DNA of 64,000 nucleotides from positions 52,758,196-52,822,195 of the forward strand of contig NC_068997.1 in NCBI RefSeq assembly GCF_001194135.2. The letters run 5' to 3'. A model generated the notes under the pieces. It did no database searches. It was given only the letters and a program-made list of their open reading frames with translations, and was not told the origin of the DNA. Each line of letters opens with the position of its first letter. The first letter of the stretch is position 1. The stretch is from Octopus bimaculoides (taxonomy: Eukaryota). Shown here one piece after another: positions 37,854 through 47,670 of the stretch. Both the position numbers and the translations under genes were made by a program.

Positions 37854-39669
37854 TGTCTACACCAGTTGTTTACTGTGTATCCCGAATGTTATTTACTTCC
37901 AGAACAATGTCACCAGTGAAGTGTTGGCATCTGGTTACTCTCCACCGACTGAACTCTATCTTGGACATGTTTTGGTCTGTGGTGTTGCCAAAGGGCCGCA
38001 CCAAGTTCTTGCAAACTCTAAGCCAGCAAAATTCATATGGTTTCCTAATTCACAGGTAAGTTGATGATAGCCACCTCATCACCTCATCCTCTTCATCATC
38101 ATCACGATTAATGACCTGACAAGAGAAACCTCTCTGTCATTGTTTGACTTTATAGAAATAGCAACCAAACGTTCCTAAAATGAAGGACATGTCAGATAAT
38201 GTAATCTTACTTGTTCTTTAAAGGGTGGGATGGTCACGGTTGGAATGTCTTTGGTGAAAGTATAAATATAAGTCTGCTCAATAATAGCTGACCTAGAGTT
38301 AAAGAACAACAACATCATCGTCATCACAGTAATTATTATTATCTCCTACTTTAATTACTTTGATTAGTCTGTATCAGTTTCATATCTTTAATGAACTCGT
38401 TAACCTCTTCATACGATTCTACCACCTTGCTGCCTGCTGACTCTTGAGAGAAAAGTCTTTTATTGACCAATGCCATGTGAATGAAATTAGGACAGAGGGA
38501 AACTGTAATGAAGCCTGTCAGTTGGATTGTACACACATTTCAGAGGTGCGACCTTGTCACACACATTGTTAGATGCATTTGAGCTGAGCATTACATTAAG
38601 GGCACCCATGTCTGTGGAATACCCAGCCAGTTATATCTGGTTAGAAGATAAGGTTTTTTTTTTGTTCTTGGAGCCTTAACTTAAAGTGTAAGGTGGTTAA
38701 GTAGAAAACTTCTCTATTTTTGGCAGAGGAATTTCCAGAGAGATGACATTCTGGGATGAACGACTAGGCATTATGGTTAGTAGAGGTGAGAGGTAGCTTG
38801 GACATATTAAGGATGCCAAGAGGTGGGAGATATGATTTGGCCTGCTGTTAGTAAAAGACTTGAGAAGCAAGTTCCAATAGAGTGAAAGGAGGGGGAGATA
38901 GATATGGTCAGATCATTGGATCTGAACCATTTTTCTTTTTATATATGGACGCCATTGATTTCTATTTTGTTGTGGTAAACCTCCATGACCACTTGAAGTT
39001 TAAGAACTAATTTTATATTTATTTCTTTTGAAATTCCTATTTTGTAAATAAAATGGTTGGCATTAGGAAGGGTCTCCAGCTGTAAAAACCATGCCAAAAC
39101 AAACCTCGCTGGTGCTGGTGCCATGTAAAAAGCACTCAGTTCCCTCTGTTAGGAAGAGCATCCAGCTGTAGAAACAGGAAGCCTGGTGCAGTCTTCTGTG
39201 TTGTTAGCTCCCGTCAAACCATCCAATCCATGGAAAACGGATGTAAACTGATGAGGATGATGATGATGATAATTTGTGTAGTTTGAACTATCAATAATGT
39301 TAAAGAAAAAAAAATCTTGCCATTTCATGCAATAAATACATCTAAAGCAAAATGTTTTCTTGGACTCTTAAAATACTTCTGTGAGTCTCCAGTTTACTAT
39401 TTTGATTTTGTGGATCCTCAAAGATCTTATATGGAGCTCAGTTGAGATGCACTAGATTAGATTGATAGGAACATAGGTAGAAAGATATAGACAGGTACAT
39501 ACATACATACATACATAGAGAGAAAGAGAGAGAGAGAGAGTCGCTTATTTATTATTGCAAGGACTTTGTAAATTTCCAATCTATTTTCTATTTTGTTTCC
39601 TTGTAGGTTTTAAACATCACCAACATGGCTCTCAGCCTCACTCATCCATTCACTATTACCTGGAGCTGA
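11187..39669 (+). CDS. GAA: GH31 alpha-glucosidase, lysosomal acid alpha-glucosidase-like; spliced, 16 coding exons in window, 5'-incomplete
   Basis: Manually joined exons sum to 1956 nt with consistent phases and end in TITWS-stop. Motifs: [93 protein letters not shown]. No further GH31 exons were recognised after the stop, as in GAA. Orthology versus SI/MGAM-like paralogues is not tested. Confidence 0.93.
11339..11758 (+). repeat. About 420-bp polypyrimidine (CTT/CCT) tract
   Basis: Top strand is almost exclusively C and T. Confidence 0.95.
11760..11925 (-). mobile_element. SINE family A relic containing a 17-bp x4 tandem amplification
   Basis: ctactcacaaggc...gagaagacact...ttgagact matches the reverse of family A; caaggcattggtcagtt x4 at 11784-11851. 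Confidence 0.7.
12030..12330 (+). mobile_element. RTE-type LINE ORF2 C-terminal relic
   Basis: Frameshifted peptides [29 protein letters not shown] and [17 protein letters not shown] are typical of RTE C-termini. Confidence 0.7.
13467..13680 (-). mobile_element. Repeat family C copy
   Basis: catcatttaatgtc...ttctacagctggacgc...ccaacc...ttttacgtgccac. Confidence 0.75.
14709..14947 (+). CDS. GAA: GH31 exon (239 nt) [24 protein letters not shown]...[15 protein letters not shown]...SKIPY
   Basis: ttgcag acceptor and gtaag donor; phase 1 in, phase 0 out. Confidence 0.95.
15085..15468 (-). mobile_element. tRNA-derived SINE family E
   Basis: Reverse strand reads GGCCCAGTGGTTAGGGCAGCGG...GGTTTCGATTCCC (A/B boxes) followed by an about 300-bp body. 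Confidence 0.75.
16395..16965 (+). mobile_element. Tigger/pogo-like DNA transposon, internally deleted derivative
   Basis: Left end TA-CAGCAATACCTCACTTTACG. Residual transposase C-terminus [10 protein letters not shown]...[17 protein letters not shown]. Degenerate right end gaacaaattaactcatatgtcaaggcatattg-TA. Confidence 0.75.
17647..17778 (+). CDS. GAA: GH31 exon (132 nt) [19 protein letters not shown]...HGQHYIMIV
   Basis: tttcag acceptor and gtgag donor; QWNDID motif. Not in the ORF track because it is short. Confidence 0.95.
18020..19620. repeat. 106-bp minisatellite array spanning the gap at 18292-19201
   Basis: Unit starts at 18198, 19202, 19308 and 19414 (period 106 on the right side); diverged copies on both flanks. 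Confidence 0.9.
19992..20105 (+). CDS. GAA: GH31 exon (114 nt) [19 protein letters not shown]...GKPLVGQ
   Basis: aatcag acceptor and gtaag donor; aligns to GAA DPAISS...YRPYDEG...PLIGK. Confidence 0.92.
20899..21036. other. 138-bp near-perfect inverted repeat (fold-back/MITE-like)
   Basis: Outer arms 20899-20926 and 21009-21036 are complementary at 27/28 positions; imperfect pairing continues inward. Confidence 0.85.
25292..26355 (+). mobile_element. 5'-truncated RTE-type LINE (end of RT, Cys-rich motif, 3' tail with (GAT)n), gap inside
   Basis: [29 protein letters not shown]...[11 protein letters not shown] before the gap at 25461-26111; family C 3' end and (GAT)n after it. Confidence 0.8.
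27310..27540 (+). mobile_element. SINE family B, near full length, (ATT)n tail
   Basis: ggcaggctggcggaatcgttagc...GAGTTCAAATTC...gtcaactttgc...gataaattaagtaccag...(att)n. Confidence 0.85.
28050..28163 (+). CDS. GAA: GH31 exon (114 nt) [14 protein letters not shown]...PYDGIWA
   Basis: tatccag acceptor and gtaag donor; VWPG and FPDF motifs. Confidence 0.95.
28212..28489 (-). mobile_element. tRNA-headed short retroelement with a hammerhead-like core and inverted terminal duplication
   Basis: Minus strand: A-box remnant 28431-28442, B box 28397-28407, (AAT)n, then CTGATGA-stemII-GAAA at 28272-28303. About 48-bp inverted repeat at 28212-28260 and 28442-28489. Confidence 0.7.
28527..28905 (+). 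mobile_element. SINE family A copy
   Basis: tggctctgtggtaagaagcttgc...ccttgggaaagtgtcttctactatagcc. Confidence 0.8.
28958..29045 (+). CDS. GAA: GH31 exon (88 nt) with catalytic nucleophile [16 protein letters not shown]...; ends at a GC donor
   Basis: ttgcag acceptor. The donor AG/GCAAGT at 29046 gives the phase 1 required by the next exon. Confidence 0.9.
30568..30685 (+). CDS. GAA: GH31 exon (118 nt) [16 protein letters not shown]...[17 protein letters not shown]
   Basis: ctacag acceptor after a CT tract and gtgag donor; TIC and YNLHNLYG motifs. Confidence 0.95.
31086..31219 (+). CDS. GAA: GH31 exon (134 nt) with catalytic acid/base: VISRSTYAG...GHWSGDN...YYSIP
   Basis: cctag acceptor and gtggg donor; catalytic Asp codon GAC at 31177-31179. 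Confidence 0.95.
31456..31820 (+). mobile_element. SINE family A, near full length
   Basis: Head, CORE-like body and tail are all present. Confidence 0.85.
31865..32098 (+). mobile_element. SINE family B copy
   Basis: Matches 27310-27540. Confidence 0.8.
32514..32665 (+). CDS. GAA: GH31 exon (152 nt) [20 protein letters not shown]...[16 protein letters not shown]
   Basis: ttcccag acceptor and gttag donor. Confidence 0.95.
32897..33150 (+). mobile_element. SINE family D copy, 5'-truncated
   Basis: Matches 9740-10008. Confidence 0.8.
33225..33373 (+). CDS. GAA: GH31 exon (149 nt) AQDPAVF...[11 protein letters not shown]...VVWPLFF
   Basis: ttgcag acceptor and gtaag donor; [11 protein letters not shown] motif. 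Confidence 0.95.
33841..33922 (+). CDS. GAA: GH31 exon (82 nt) [27 protein letters not shown]
   Basis: tttccag acceptor and gtaag donor; DRQFLWG...ISPVL motif. Confidence 0.93.
34200..34390 (+). mobile_element. Repeat family C copy
   Basis: aaaatgcaccc...ggaagggcattgagctgtag...tggaaagtggatgttaaatgataatgatg. Confidence 0.75.
34905..35110 (-). mobile_element. Repeat family C copy, inverted relative to 34200-34390
   Basis: Reverse complement of the family C tail. Confidence 0.7.
35294..35475 (+). CDS. GAA: GH31 exon (182 nt) [20 protein letters not shown]...[12 protein letters not shown]...TTTAS
   Basis: ttgcag acceptor and gtgag donor; YFP..WYD and HVRGG.IIP motifs. Confidence 0.95.
35796..35907 (-). 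mobile_element. Helentron-associated/DINE-1-like non-autonomous element end
   Basis: 12-bp hairpin TACCTCTGCCTT/AAGGCAGAGGTA (35873-35900) followed on the minus strand by tgttttcagtc, (tttg)n and caagatatttcaagaacc. Confidence 0.6.
36146..36234 (+). CDS. GAA: GH31 exon (89 nt) [29 protein letters not shown]
   Basis: ttacag acceptor and gtagg donor; [10 protein letters not shown] motif. Confidence 0.93.
37283..37332 (+). CDS. GAA: GH31 exon (50 nt) [17 protein letters not shown]
   Basis: ttgcag acceptor and gtgag donor; phase 1 in, phase 0 out, which bridges the neighbouring exons exactly. Confidence 0.85.
37903..38055 (+). CDS. GAA: GH31 exon (153 nt) [12 protein letters not shown]...[15 protein letters not shown]...FPNSQ
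   Basis: ttccag acceptor and gtaag donor; aligns to GAA NTIVNEL...VLGVATAPQQVLSNG. Confidence 0.9.
39607..39669 (+). CDS. GAA: Terminal coding exon [20 protein letters not shown]-stop
   Basis: ttgtag acceptor; resembles the GAA C-terminus VLDI...FLVSWC; TGA at 39667-39669. Confidence 0.85.
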   Translation, partial: VLNITNMALSLTHPFTITWS

Positions 39670-39700
39670 TTCCTACAACACAAAAATGTATTATAACAAG

Positions 39701-39717
39701 AATAAACCGAAATTAAA
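39701..39717 (+). promoter_or_regulatory. Candidate polyadenylation signals (AATAAA 39701-39706, ATTAAA 39712-39717)
   Basis: Located 32 nt after the stop codon. The hexamers are common in AT-rich DNA and the A-rich run downstream could cause internal priming, so usage is unproven. Confidence 0.4.
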
Positions 39718-40672
39718 TGTAAAAAAAACCAAAAAAAAAAAAACCAAAGAGAACGAGAATGAGAGAGAAGGATTCTTAAGTAGAGGAGGGTAAAAGAAAG
39801 TAAAAAAAAAAAAAGTATTCGTTAAAGGGAAACAATCGAGAATTTTATTGCTAGTTTGGAAGTGATCTCCCTTTAAATGTCTTCGTATCTAGCTATTCAA
39901 GACCTATNNNNNNNNNNNNNNNNNNNNNNNNNNNNNNNNNNNNNNNNNNNNNNNNNNNNNNNNNNNNNNNNNNNNNNNNNNNNNNNNNNNNNNNNNNNNN
40001 NNNNNNNNNNNNNNNNNNNNNNNNNNNNNNNNNNNNNNNNNNNNNNNNNNNNNNNNNNNNNNNNNNNNNNNNNNNNNNNNNNNNNNNNNNNNNNNNNNNN
40101 NNNNNNNNNNNNNNNNNNNNNNNNNNNNNNNNNNNNNNNNNNNNNNNNNNNNNNNNNNNNNNNNNNNNNNNNNNNNNNNNNNNNNNNNNNNNNNNNNNNN
40201 NNNNNNNNNNNNNNNNNNNNNNNNNNNNNNNNNNNNNNNNNNNNNNNNNNNNNNNNNNNNNNNNNNNNNNNNNNNNNNNNNNNNNNNNNNNNNNNNNNNN
40301 NNNNNNNNNNNNNNNNNNNNNNNNNNNNNNNNNNNNNNNNNNNNNNNNNNNNNNNNNNNNNNNNNNNNNNNNNNNNNNNNNNNNNNNNNNNNNNNNNNNN
40401 NNNNNNNNNNNNNNNNNNNNNNNNNNNNATAATAATAATAATAATAATAATAGTAATAATAAGGATTAGTGTTATCTTTTTATTAGTGAGTTTAAATTCC
40501 ACCAAGGCCAACTTTCGCATTTTATTCTTTCAGAGTATATCAGATAAATTAAGTACCAGTAATGTACTGGGGTTCCTACAAAGATATAAATAAACTCCGC
40601 TGCTCCCCTCCCCCGCCACCAAATGTGAGGCCTGTACTCTTCTTAGAAACTATTATTATTGGTATTAGTTTT

Positions 40673-40890
40673 GAGGTGATGAGCTGGCAGATTCGTTAGC
40701 ACACAGAATCGTTAGCATTTTGTTTCTCTTTACATTCTGAGTTCAAATTCTTCTGAGGTTGACTTTGCCTTTCATCCTTCTAGGGTTGATAAAATATGTA
40801 CCAGTTGAATACTGGGGTCCAAGTAATTGACTAGCACCCTCCCCAAACTTTCAAGCCCCTTGTACCTTTAGTAGAAATTATTATTATTAT
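40673..40890 (+). mobile_element. SINE family B copy
   Basis: Matches the family B body and (ATT)n tail. Confidence 0.8.
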
Positions 40891-41390
40891 TACCTATAAG
40901 GCTGCAAGCTATTAGAATTGTTTGAGTATCAGGCAAAATGCCTTGCAGTGTTTGTTCTGGCCGTTCAAATTCTGAGTTCTAATCCTGCTAAGGTCAGTTT
41001 TTCCTTTCATTATTTCAGGATCAATGAAATAAAGTACCAGTTATGAACTGGGGTTGACAGTTTCAACTTAGGCTTCCCGCTAAAATTGTTGCTCTTCTAC
41101 TTAAATTGGAAACAATTTTCGTTGTTATAAATCTGAAATAAGATATTCGTATACTTAAACTTTATTTTGTTGTATCAAAGAATATGGAAAAATTTCCAAA
41201 AGGCATCCATCCATCCACCACAAACTAACTTAACATCCATGAGTAGCAAACATGCTTCTGCAGAATTCTTACATTCTTTAATTCTATACACAAACTGACT
41301 TGGAGTAAAGACTTTTGCCAACATAACATGGCAGTCCTCGTTTAGGGCTGTGGGTCATTATTTTTATGTACACATGTTTGTGTGTATGTT

Positions 41391-41424
<34 letters not shown>

Positions 41425-41722
41425 NNNNNNNNNNAGGTTAGATAAGCGTTTATAGATGTAAGGAATCGTACAATTATAAATGTGAAGAGAAGTTGCATAT
41501 ATTTTATAGAATGTAAATTTGTCTTTACAGCTGTTTCAAAAATTCAGTGAATGTTTAGTATTACACCATATATTATCCACTCATGCCAACTCTTATACTG
41601 CTGGACTACCTTACCCTGATAAATAAGTTGGAGTTGAAGAATTTCATTAGTCCAAGCATGAATTTGATGTTTATTTAGTCTGTGCTAGCACCATCTCCTC
41701 ACCTACTATATATATATGTATG

Positions 41723-41772
<50 letters not shown>

Positions 41773-42047
41773 CACATACACACACACACACATACATTGA
41801 TTATTCTTTAACAAGAATATATATTTACATATGTACAAACATATTAACTTCTAGTCTATTATTATTTTGTAGTAGTAGTACTAGTAGTAGTAATAATAAT
41901 AATAATAATAATAATAATATCTGTAATAATGATAATAATAATAACAATATCCTGCATTATTAGCTATCACCATGTTTTCTCTTACATCAATAATGTGTAA
42001 TGTGTCTATATACAAAAGACAATGTCTGTGTGTATTTTATAGATATC

Positions 42048-42086
<39 letters not shown>

Positions 42087-42638
42087 ATATGCCTGTCATA
42101 AAACATTGATGATATTAATCATTTGATGTCCTGTGCCTCAGCTTGTAGCTTTGATATTCTTTATATTTTTGGTATCATAACAAGACATGTTGATATTCTC
42201 ATTAAGTATCCAAACTACAATTGCGAAATTCTGACCGAACTGATAACATTTCTTTTTAATCTTTTAATCTTTCAATATTTTCTTTATGTCTTGACATCCT
42301 ATCACCACAGACCCCATCATCACCGCATACACAAGGTTTGTTTCAGGTGCAGAAAGGGGAAATATACACACACGTATATATATTATATTACACTGATGAT
42401 CACTCAGGTATCTGTGTGAAACCATGGTATGGGTNNNNNNNNNNNNNNNNNNNNNNNNNNNNNNNNNNNNNNNNNNNNNNNNNNNNNNNNNNNNNNNNNN
42501 NNNNNNNNNNNNNNNNNNNNNNNNNNNNNNNNNNNNNNNNNNNNNNNNNNNNNNNNNNNNNNNNNNNNNNNNNNNNNNNNNNNNNNNNNNNNNNNNNNNN
42601 NNNNNNNNNNNNNNNNNNNNNNNNNNNNNNNNNNNNNN

Positions 42639-42670
<32 letters not shown>

Positions 42671-43448
42671 TATAAACATATATGTATATCTTACTACAAA
42701 ACAAGCTAGGGTTAGTGACAGGAAGACCATCCAGTCAGAATTTCTGCTACAAAAACCAATTCCCATCCAAACCATGCTAGCAAAGAACACTGGATGTTCC
42801 ATGCAGGAAGAAATATACAAATGAAACACAACAAACACACACACACACACACATACACACACACATACACATGCACATAACATTTGGGTAGGGTGTGTGT
42901 TTTAGCTGAAGTAAAGATGATTTGCAAATGATGAAATCATTATAACGTTTGGAAAAATACTTCATCCAAAACTGGTCGTCTGCGCTCACTACAAGTTTTA
43001 CCATCTTTATATTCTCTTTCTGTTGTTATTCTAGCTCTGGGGTTGGGTCAGTGGCCCCCACCCTCTAATAGACCTTTAAACACTGAGATCTGAAATCAAA
43101 TGTCACTACTGTTCATATCATCTGTGTATAAATTTTAAAATTGATGATATCACCAGCAGTGACATAGGTCGATCACAGGTACAATAGCAATTACGCTTCA
43201 TGCAAATATATATATATATATATATATATATAGGTTATGAGTGGTAGTGGTGTCGATTAGACCCAGAGGTTTCAAGTAATGCTGAGTAAGTGCTATGGAT
43301 AGACCACAGTTAAGCTCCAGGTTCGGTGTTTATGCGAATAAGGGATCCAATGTAGGTCATATATCAGCGTGTGAATATAAGGATTTACTTTTCGTAATGA
43401 GATAAAAAACCAAGGCTGTGTATAATATAGAACATTTATAAATAGAAT

Positions 43449-43496
43449 GTCTTACAGCTGTTTCCAGGATATTTGTTGTACCCCTTCATCGGAGAC
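43449..43496 (-). ncRNA. Minimal type I hammerhead ribozyme-like motif (Penelope-type), CCGAUGA core variant
   Basis: Minus strand: GTCT CCGATGA AGGGGTA CAACAAA TATCCTG GAAA C AGCT G TA AGAC. Stem I is 4 bp, stem II is 6 bp, stem III is the palindrome ACAGCTGT, cleavage triplet GUA. Confidence 0.6.
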
Positions 43497-43632
43497 GGTG
43501 TGAGAGGATGGTTAAGCAATAGTTAGTTTAGATAAGATATCTAAATAGAGAGTGAATGTAGGGATAATGTATTTGTAAATCCATTGTTTAGGCAGAATGG
43601 TATACATATAAGATTCCAAAACCTTGTGAGTA

Positions 43633-43682
<50 letters not shown>

Positions 43683-45137
43683 ATTTATAAAATGGGTTTA
43701 ATAGTTTCTAAAGGTTAACTGATTATAAAATAATTGATAGTGTCCTGAAAGGGTCAACTCATTATTATGGAAGGATTAACTCATAATGAAAGGGCTAACT
43801 CATTAGGAAAGGGTTATGTCATGCTGATGATTTCAAATAAAGATGAAATGGCACTACACATGGCTACGTACATCTGCAATTTTAAGATCTTTGTAATGAG
43901 TTTGAAAGAGTTGTATTAAGTTTGTATATTTTGTGCACCTTCTTCATCACTATTTGATTTCAAATTCAAATTTCCAATCCTGCCTAAACTTGATCTAGAA
44001 GTGTTTGTCTCCCTTGCAATAACTGACCACCAAGGCATGCCATGTGCATGAATTTAAATACGGTTATGCATAATTATTATAGAAATCATGAGCTGAGGTT
44101 CTGTGTAAAACCTAAATATATTCATCTGAGGGTTTACATTAAAAGATCAATACCTAATAGCAGTAGTAGTTGTTGTTGTTGTTGTTGCTATCTTTCTTTA
44201 ACCCCAGGTCATCCTTGAGTAAATCTTTAATCAAAAGCACTCCTTCCATGTTTACACCATCATTCTTAGGTTTATTGAAGACCTACATTATTCAACATAC
44301 ACTTCCTTGTTTAAAATACCACAGGTAGGTTTGAGGGAGATTTGCCTGCTTTTTTTTTTTTTTCAGAGGTATTCCTTGTTGGCCTGTAGTAGTAGTTGTA
44401 ATAGTAGTAGTAATAGTAATGATAGTGGTAACAGTGGTTGTAGAGTATGAAAGGATTGTTGTTATGAATGTCAACAAACAGGGTTTATAGTTAGAACCAT
44501 CACGCATGGCTGTGTCCCCAGCAGCTGTTGCACTTTGAGAGGAGGGGCTTAATAATCACAACCGCTGATATTAAAAGGGTTTACAAAGGGAAAAAGAAAA
44601 TAATATTCAAATATTCATTGGGTTTTTTTCCCTTTCCTATGAGTTTATTTCAAAAAAGCAACAACAAAAATACAAAACAAAACAGCAATAGAATGAAAAT
44701 AAATTTTTTCTTTTAAAATGTGATAAAAATTACTTTTTTGCTTCTTTTGCTGAAATTTTCAAAAATATTTTTAAATTTTTGTAAAATTTATTACTTTGGC
44801 TTATTTTTTGCTTTGGTGTTTTTTTTTTCTAAGAAAAACTTGGATAAAAAATAATATTAAAAAAAATTAAGATAAAATATAGAATATATTTTTTTCAATC
44901 AATGCTTTTTTCTTTCAATTTTTTTTTATAAATCTTTTATTTCTATATTTTTTGTTCATTATTATCATTGTTATACTATTATTATTATTATTAATATTAT
45001 TATTATTATTTTGAAAAATGTTGGAAATGTTACAGTTGATTGATGCCATGTGTGTATAGACATGAATATTGATATATACACTTACATACACATACGGATA
45101 TATACACATACATACAGATATATGAATGCACACATTT

Positions 45138-45171
<34 letters not shown>

Positions 45172-45659
45172 CCATTCAGTACTTATACACAAACTATAAT
45201 ACCACATATTCAGTTACTTTCACACACACATTGATATATTAATACAAGCAGCTTAAACATAAACTGATATATATATACATATATATATACTAACACACAT
45301 ACAGAAGTACATTTAGTATCCTATATATACAAAAACTCACAAACACACATGCACACATATACATATATACATGCAGACATAAATATATATATATACACAC
45401 TATATATATATGTATATATACAATTATTTTTTCTAATGCAAAATACCTTTGCCTGTTTTAATTGCACTAATTATATTAATATTGTTAATTAGCCATTTAT
45501 GATGAAACCATGTAATTAATATTAATAATAATAATAATAATAATAATATGTTCTTAAATAGAATCTTCTTTCACTCCGGACATACTGACTTCTGTATTAA
45601 TATTGTTTGTATCTGGAAACATATGTAAAAATATTGAATAGAAGGGATTATGGCTTCTG

Positions 45660-46447
45660 CTAAGACTTGCATGCTGTGGACAATTCCAATTCTGTTTTTT
45701 TTTCTTTTTTCCTTTTTTTCTTGTTCTTCAGTTCCAACTCTGATTGAACGGATCTGTGATCTAATGATCTATCAGCGTCCACATTGTCCAATGTGTCTTT
45801 CTTTTCTAAGACAGCAGGATGTGATCTGAGGGAGATATGGCTGCTAATTCTAGCTATGTGGAGTGACCACATAGAAGCCGCCCTGTTGGCTTCCTACCTC
45901 CCCCACCATAATATTTTTTCTCCTTGTTTTGCCATTTGAGTAAGATAGGCAAATTCGAACCATTTCGGTCGGAAGTCAACATCCAGAACTGTTCCTGTGT
46001 TTATCATATCTTCATCAAATTTTTCAAGATTTTCTTAGTTTCTCAAAATATATTCAAGAGATTTTGTATTCTTCAACTTTTCAACTGGTTCCTTTTGTAA
46101 TCATTTAAAAATATTTTTCTTCATATAAAAGACTAAGATAGAACTTTAGTAGTCGTAGTGTAAGTAGTGATAGTAGTAGTGGTGGTGGTAGTAGTGGTGG
46201 TGGTGGGGTGGGGGATGTTTGGAAGTTTACCAATTGTAAATTTAAATCATGAACAAAGTGGTTTAGCTATCCAGAACTTTTGACCGAAATCTTGCAAGAC
46301 GAAAAGAGACAGCTCTTGGATTCCAGGAGTTGGTAGCTAGCTGGTTGGGTGGAAATGGGGTTGGTTTATTCCAAGTTTCAAAGAGTTCTGTGAGGATTTC
46401 ATTTCTTTCTTCCTTTCTTTTTTGAGGAAGAGGCCCTTCGGATATTC
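45660..46447 (-). pseudogene. Unidentified decayed coding sequence (two protein-like segments separated by a microsatellite)
   Basis: 147-codon frame with only 2 internal stops (46100-45660) plus a 60-codon open stretch (46447-46265). No family recognised. Confidence 0.35.
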
Positions 46448-47349
46448 ATAGCCCCCTGGTCCACTCCATGGTCTCCTCCACTGGTGATAGAGCCGCTGAC
46501 ACATGTTATCATATAGGCCCTGACAATATTACAGATTGCAGTTAGACAGTGATTGGTGGGTCTGGTTGACTCTATGCTGGAGGTGCCTCTGGGACCGCTA
46601 ACCTAGGGTGACCTCCAGCCCCATTGACAAAGAGCATAGAGAGTGACTGAAATTTAAAATAAGAATTGAAACCCCTTAGGTAGGGTTTTGCTTGTTAATT
46701 TTGGACCCTCTTTCTACCAATTACCAGTATTGTGTGGCACTGTGTCGATGTTACCAACATGAGACAATAGTCAAGATGTAAATTTTAACTAAGCAAGAAT
46801 TAAAAATATCTGGAGATTATTAAGAGACCTGTTTAATTATTTTCAATGATTGAACACTGCATTGACACCTGGATGAAGTCTTGAAAGGGGTTTCACATTG
46901 ATCAGCTTCACTTAAGCCTAAGAAACAGCTTCTGACAACTATTTGTTCCTTACAGCTTTCTGAACACAACTGAAGTAAACTGCCTTAATATACAAGAGTA
47001 CCAGTAATATCCTAGGGTTGATTTAGTCAGTCAATTAGCTGCACAAAACAATTTAGCACCCTTCCTCCTAATAATGTCAGCCTAAATGACCTTACAGGAC
47101 TTTTGTCCTTCTGGGGTCAGAGTTCAGACCCATACTCTGATTTGACCTCTGTCTCTTTCTTCCTTTTAGGACGCTGGTGTGTGGGTGTCACTTTGGTGGG
47201 TGGGGTAGCTAATAAAATCAGTACCAGTAATGCAATTGGGTTGATCTAATCCTGTATCAGTGGTGCTGGTGGTTGCACTGAAGATTTTAACCCCCCCCCC
47301 CCCGTTTGGGGGTCCTTCTACACTGCTCAGTTCATTGGATGGCTTTAGT

Positions 47350-47670
47350 TTCTTGGCCCATGGTTTTGCACAATAATGGTCATTGTGTGCCATGCTTGGA
47401 ATCTCACCATGAAGCTTTCTTCCTTCATTGGTTCTCAGCCAATTAGCACTCTGGTGCTTCTTCGGTAAGCACCTTGCCCACTTCATACATGTGTTAGTCT
47501 TTATGACTGGAATAGACGAAGGTCCTACCACCATCATCACTGTCAATCTTTCCGCTGTTTGTCCAACTCACTTCACTTAAGCCTAAGATGTCCAGCTAGT
47601 ATCTATTAAACTCTCTCAACAATTGGGTTAGTCTTCCAGTTTAGTACATTCTAAGTTCTAATCTTAGTTG
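47350..47670 (-). mobile_element. LINE apurinic endonuclease (APE) relic, RTE-like
   Basis: KIRT*NV...LTQLLREFNRY*LDILGLSEVSWTNSGKI...VYS...LIG*EP...MVRFQ...TIIVQ, with stops and frameshifts. Confidence 0.75.

Noticed and set aside
38600-38900. Possible CR1/L2 LINE 3' relic on the minus strand ([10 protein letters not shown])
   Set aside because: A single short frameshifted motif, too weak to list as a feature
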